Source: Tubiluchus corallicola
Taxonomy: Eukaryota > Animalia > Priapulida
DNA: 64,000 bases
NCBI GenBank assembly: GCA_030141605.1
Contig: JAQGDQ010000199.1
Span: forward strand, 147,053 to 211,052
Direction of reading: 5' to 3'
A program made the position numbers and the translations under genes. Under the pieces are notes generated by a model. That model was given only the letters and a program-made list of their open reading frames with translations, was not told the origin of the DNA and ran no database searches. Each line of letters starts with the position of its first letter. The first letter of the stretch is position 1. This document shows positions 59,330 to 64,000 of this stretch, one piece after another.

Positions 59330-59815
59330 TCAAGTTTCATCATAATCATCATTCATTGTTATGAGTTCATTTATAGGAAGACACAACGCTATTAACCTTC
59401 GGCTACCAAACGCTTCGTTCTTTGGCCCTTCTGCAAGATGAAATATCTCAATATCCTCTATTAAGATATTTTTGAAAGAAATCCACCCATGTAAGTCTGT
59501 CGCCTGTTGGTCTTTTATGTAGTTGAGTTGACTCATAGAAAGCTTTAGGAAGTTTCAAAGTCTTTGCTTTGTCCAATTGTTAGTACATGGAAAGCGATTC
59601 GCAAAACACAATGTCAGATGATGCAGTAAGAAACAACGAAACAGTAAATGAAATCACATTGCCATACATCTTTGCATCTCAGTTAAACAACATTAAATTA
59701 CCGTGAGCATCCTGCAGCACTAAAATTAAAAATATCATTAAGAGTAGATACACCAAAAATAGATACAAATTTCCTAACTGTTTTTTCAGAAGATGGAACA
59801 CATTGTTGGATATCA
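59330..59815 (-). pseudogene. Internally deleted tandem copy of the first coding exon of the LRR gene
   Basis: ATG at 59669 gives MYGNVISFTVSLFLTASSDIVFCESL (vs MYGNFISFTVSLFLTALSDIVFCESL), then a stop/frameshift. Then VLTIGQSKDF (vs VLTVGQGKDL) and PKAF. Upstream flank 59670-59815 resembles 59146-59290. Confidence 0.75.
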
Positions 59816-60478
59816 AGAATGTTCCATTTGTGAGAATGTTTTATTATGTGACTGTGAAACCAAGAAGACAGCTCTATGACGTTGGTGATAACAATAAGCA
59901 ATCTTCTGCCTACCATAATATTATTATCAATGCTTTACCGTTGAAGCGTTAGCGCCATGTATGTTATCGATGTTTGTATTAAGTGAATACTCCCTATATA
60001 GTGATGAACTCCATGAATATTTGTTGCGACATGGCAAACATGCTGTCATTAATAATTAAAAAGCATTATGTTTTTTCGCAAGACTTTGAAATTTCTCAGC
60101 CTGTGTACAACTAAAAAGATTGGTATATTTGCATTTTGTTTAAGTAAAAACAGTTTAACACTGCACACATGAACGTTGTGCCTTCCCTCTGCTGTGCAAT
60201 TTGTGATTTATTCGTGATTCATTATTTTACTCAGCAACTAAGAGTGTTTTTTCAAACACATGAACGAGTTCTAAGAAAACCATTCGACTAAGATCGTCAA
60301 ACGTCCTTGAAATGTTCTTCGAAACATAAGTATCACCCTCTCTTTTTGTACAGAGTGATCTTGATTAATTAAAAGAATTAATCGAATTAATAATGATGAT
60401 TCGCACACCGATTGCTTCCAGGTAACTGATCGATTACCCTACTCCGTGGGCTTTGGTTCAGTCGATAAGACAATGATC

Positions 60479-60519
<41 letters not shown>

Positions 60520-61147
60520 TTTATACTAAGTAAACAGTTTCGAGTTTAATATAATTCATGCATTGCAAAACGTTCTTCAAATAAAATTGGTCAGTCTAAT
60601 TTATTAGTAAAAAATAGATTAATAGCAGTACACGTGTCAGTTTGACTTATGCACATATCAAATTACACATGATGAGAAATTAGCATACTACAGCCCTAAT
60701 TTGTGTTAAATACACTACTGAAGGTAACCAGTAGGGTTAATGTAACGAGTTAACATACTGAGCAATTGAAAGTAAGTGTAAATGACAAATAATTATGTTT
60801 ATGCATGGCAAATTATATGATTAATATAAAATATCACTTTAGCATCTCTACTAATCTTTAGCTCAAATGTCCTAGAACTATAAGCTACATAATGTACTAC
60901 ACACAGTACTTTCTAATATACGCTAACATTGTAACGATCATCATCGATCAATACCCTAATAAAATGAGCTGACGATCTTGTGATAATATAAGTTTTTCAA
61001 CCACTAACACGATGTGCATATTAGGCCTACTCAGAGGCAAAAATACGAAAACAAAAAACAAGACGTTTCTAGCAAACAAACGTTTAAAAACAGGTTTTGT
61101 AGGAACCTTATTCAAACTAAATCAATATCTTCTGCGCAAGCATAAAA

Positions 61148-61728
61148 CTAGTCAAACTGAAGCTTCAAACCCGGACAGGCAGCCATCTTGTTCTTGTATA
61201 TTTCATCAAACATTTCACTTTCTGCAACAGTGAAATAATTCTTCCAGTCTCCACATTTGCCTAGAAGCAAAAAATACTTTCGTAAAATTCTGCTGCTTCG
61301 GGAGCACAGAGCAATATTAATCAACGTTGACAACGTACACTGACGTGAATTCAACACAATTCAGACAAAATTCGACACGTTTTTATAATGACATGACATT
61401 TGAGTGTACATTATGTTATTATGAAAACTGCCTACTTACAATGAAGTTTTATTATTGCATAAAAAATTTGAACAAAAAATATTGGTGAAAATTTAAAAAA
61501 TTTACTATGAAGTTTACTGGGACTAACAACTTTACAACGTCACTATCTGGGTTTGTCTTCATCTACGCTTGATACTAAAGCATGATGTGAGAGTGATGAT
61601 CTTTTCAGATCATTTTTGCTTTGAAAGGAATAGAGAGAACAAACAAAAATAGCATAAACGTAGCCGCGGATGTCAACAAAGACTTTGAATTGGCGTTGTG
61701 ATGCCTTCTGATGATTAATTATTTAGTG

Positions 61729-61823
<95 letters not shown>

Positions 61824-61855
61824 TCCTCTTCCCGCTCTCTTTCTCTGTTTCTCCA

Positions 61856-61926
<71 letters not shown>

Positions 61927-62472
61927 AGCTAGCTTTACTAAGGTTTTTAATCAGCAGCACAACACAATGCAGTCATCATTTTTACTAACTCATCTGAATG
62001 TCTCCAGTTCATAAACTTTCAAATATTCAACTCCCAACCGGTAAAAAATTTACAAAAATCATGCAAATTTTTTCAGTGATGAAAATAAGTAGAAGACATC
62101 TTGCTAAGAACAAGAGATCAGAGCTGGTCTTGCCGACTTATAGGCTCTACGCCGAACTCGTGAGTGGGTCCCTAAATTTACAGAAACTTTTGCATGTTTC
62201 AGTATCCAACGGATAGTAGTATCCAAAAGGCATATAGGCTTAGGGGCAACGGGTATCTGGGTGCCAAATGAAACCAGTTTGTTGTGCAGGATACCAGCGT
62301 ACAACCCCATGTTCTATTATGTGATGCATGTATTATTCAAAACCATAAGGGCCCCGTTACAGTAAATATAGGGCCAGACTATGGGGACTGATAAGTCCAA
62401 AGTGGCCTATACGTGTTGGATACCGAATATATATATATATATATTATTATTATTATCACTATTATTATTATT

Positions 62473-62537
<65 letters not shown>

Positions 62538-63289
62538 TATTATGAGTTTATTTCGTATAAAAATATACAGTTTACAGAGATAAAGATGTTAGTAAAGTAA
62601 CATATCTACAGACATTCAACTTTATAATAACCACACATTGTAGTTCCCTTGTAATTATATTACAGTATACAGTGTTGTAAGGAGCTATAATAGATATCTT
62701 TTAAAACATAATCTTTAAATGAGTTCTTAACCTTTAATTTTACATTTTCGTTTAGTACAACCATATTTAAATCTTAAATTTACTTGACTGTTATTTACAT
62801 AATAGCATAACTTTGGATTCTCAACTTGCAAGACTTTGCCATTTTTCTCACAAAGTTATATATATATATTCGGTATCCAATAGTAAATTAAACTGTAGAT
62901 TTGAAACTGGCAAGTAAAATAGATTATCAATGGATAAGTAATAAAGAAATATTTGAAAAGAAATAAACCCCCTAGAATTATAAGTTACCAGGAAACATGT
63001 TATAGCACAATGTCACCATTTGCTTAATTATTTGTTTAATTGTCATCTCACCTTTCCTTATAAGGTGCGAAGTGTCAAAGTCGAAATGACCATCAATTTC
63101 TTCATCAGTAAAACGACTGGTTCCATGTTTGCACATATGCATGTTCTTAAGAAGAACTTCTTTTCCATGCACATCCATCAATTGCCTTGCTCCCTCAAAG
63201 CTTGATTCGTCATAAATCATTCTGATTTCCTCTTCTGTCAAATCAATTTTCAGAATGTTTGCAATTTGGCGAATGATTTGTTCTCGATC
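61148..63289 (-). CDS. Cytosolic sulfotransferase (SULT family), last two exons; 5' part lies beyond the window
   Basis: Exons 63289-63052 and 61260-61148 splice (phase 1) into the signature LIRKG|[18 protein letters not shown] (RKGxxGDWKNxFT), preceded by [26 protein letters not shown]. Confidence 0.92.
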
Positions 63290-63722
63290 CTGTGACATCA
63301 GAAAATTGAAAACTTTCAAAACAATACTCGATCATGTGACATCAGAAAATTGAAAACTTTCAAAACAATACTCGATCCTGTGACATCAGAAAATTGAAAA
63401 CTTTCAAAACAATACTCGATCATGTGACATCGGAAAATTGAAAACTTTCAAAACAATACTCGATCATGTGACATCAGAAAATTGAAAACTTTCAAAACAA
63501 TACTCGATCATGTGACATCAGAAAATTGAAAACTTTCAAAACAATACTCGATCATGTGACATCAGAAAATCGAAAACTTTCAAAACAATACTCGATCATG
63601 TGACATCAGAAAATTGAAAACTTTCAAAACAATACTCGATCCTGTGACATCAGAAAATTGAAAACTTTCAAAACAATACTCGATCCTGTGACATTAGAAA
63701 ATTGAAAACTTTTAAAACAATA
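63283..63722. repeat. 44-bp tandem array (10 units) made from the sulfotransferase 3' splice site
   Basis: Unit CTCGATC(C/A)TGTGACATCAGAAAATTGAAAACTTTCAAAACAATA starting at 63283, 63327 ... 63679; the first unit overlaps the exon start. Confidence 0.95.
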
Positions 63723-64000
63723 ATCAGGCGATCTGTCATTACTTTGGCAACTAGATAGTCATTGTGTTGATTTTCACTTTCAAAGTGGCCTGGTTGTGTC
63801 ACAATGGTTGGAGGAACTTGTATTGATATTCGTATTGAAGTTACCCCTATATTTTTTAATGTAGTTTCATGTACTAATCCTGTCAGAACTCAGACCATAA
63901 CATTTAAATAAATTTATTGGTTTTTATTGATACGTTGTTATATTGTGTATATTCGTCACTTAAATGCAAATAATTGTTGTTATGGTTTTATTTATTATTC

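Overview
AT-rich, intron-containing animal (invertebrate-like) genomic DNA; nothing here is prokaryotic. Five spliced genes were rebuilt by hand from GT-AG boundaries and codon phase. (1) Tafazzin (TAZ, -, 7 coding exons, 268 aa). (2) Imidazolonepropionase (AMDHD1/HutI, +, 11 exons, 436 aa), head-to-head with TAZ. (3) A secreted mosaic protein (-, 10 coding exons, ~724 aa): signal peptide, PAN/Apple-like, Ca-EGF, pentraxin, ShKT, ShKT, pentraxin; its EGF and both ShKT exons are missing from the ORF track. (4) A ~1015 aa protein of four tandem LRR modules on symmetric phase-1 exons with a possible GPI-anchor tail, plus a deleted pseudo-copy upstream. (5) The last two exons of a cytosolic sulfotransferase, whose splice acceptor is amplified in a 44-bp tandem array. 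Repeats include a 5S rRNA-headed SINE (one full copy with an 11-bp TSD, one truncated), LINE relics, several MITEs, minisatellites and microsatellites. All family assignments come from motif recognition and memory; no database searches were run.
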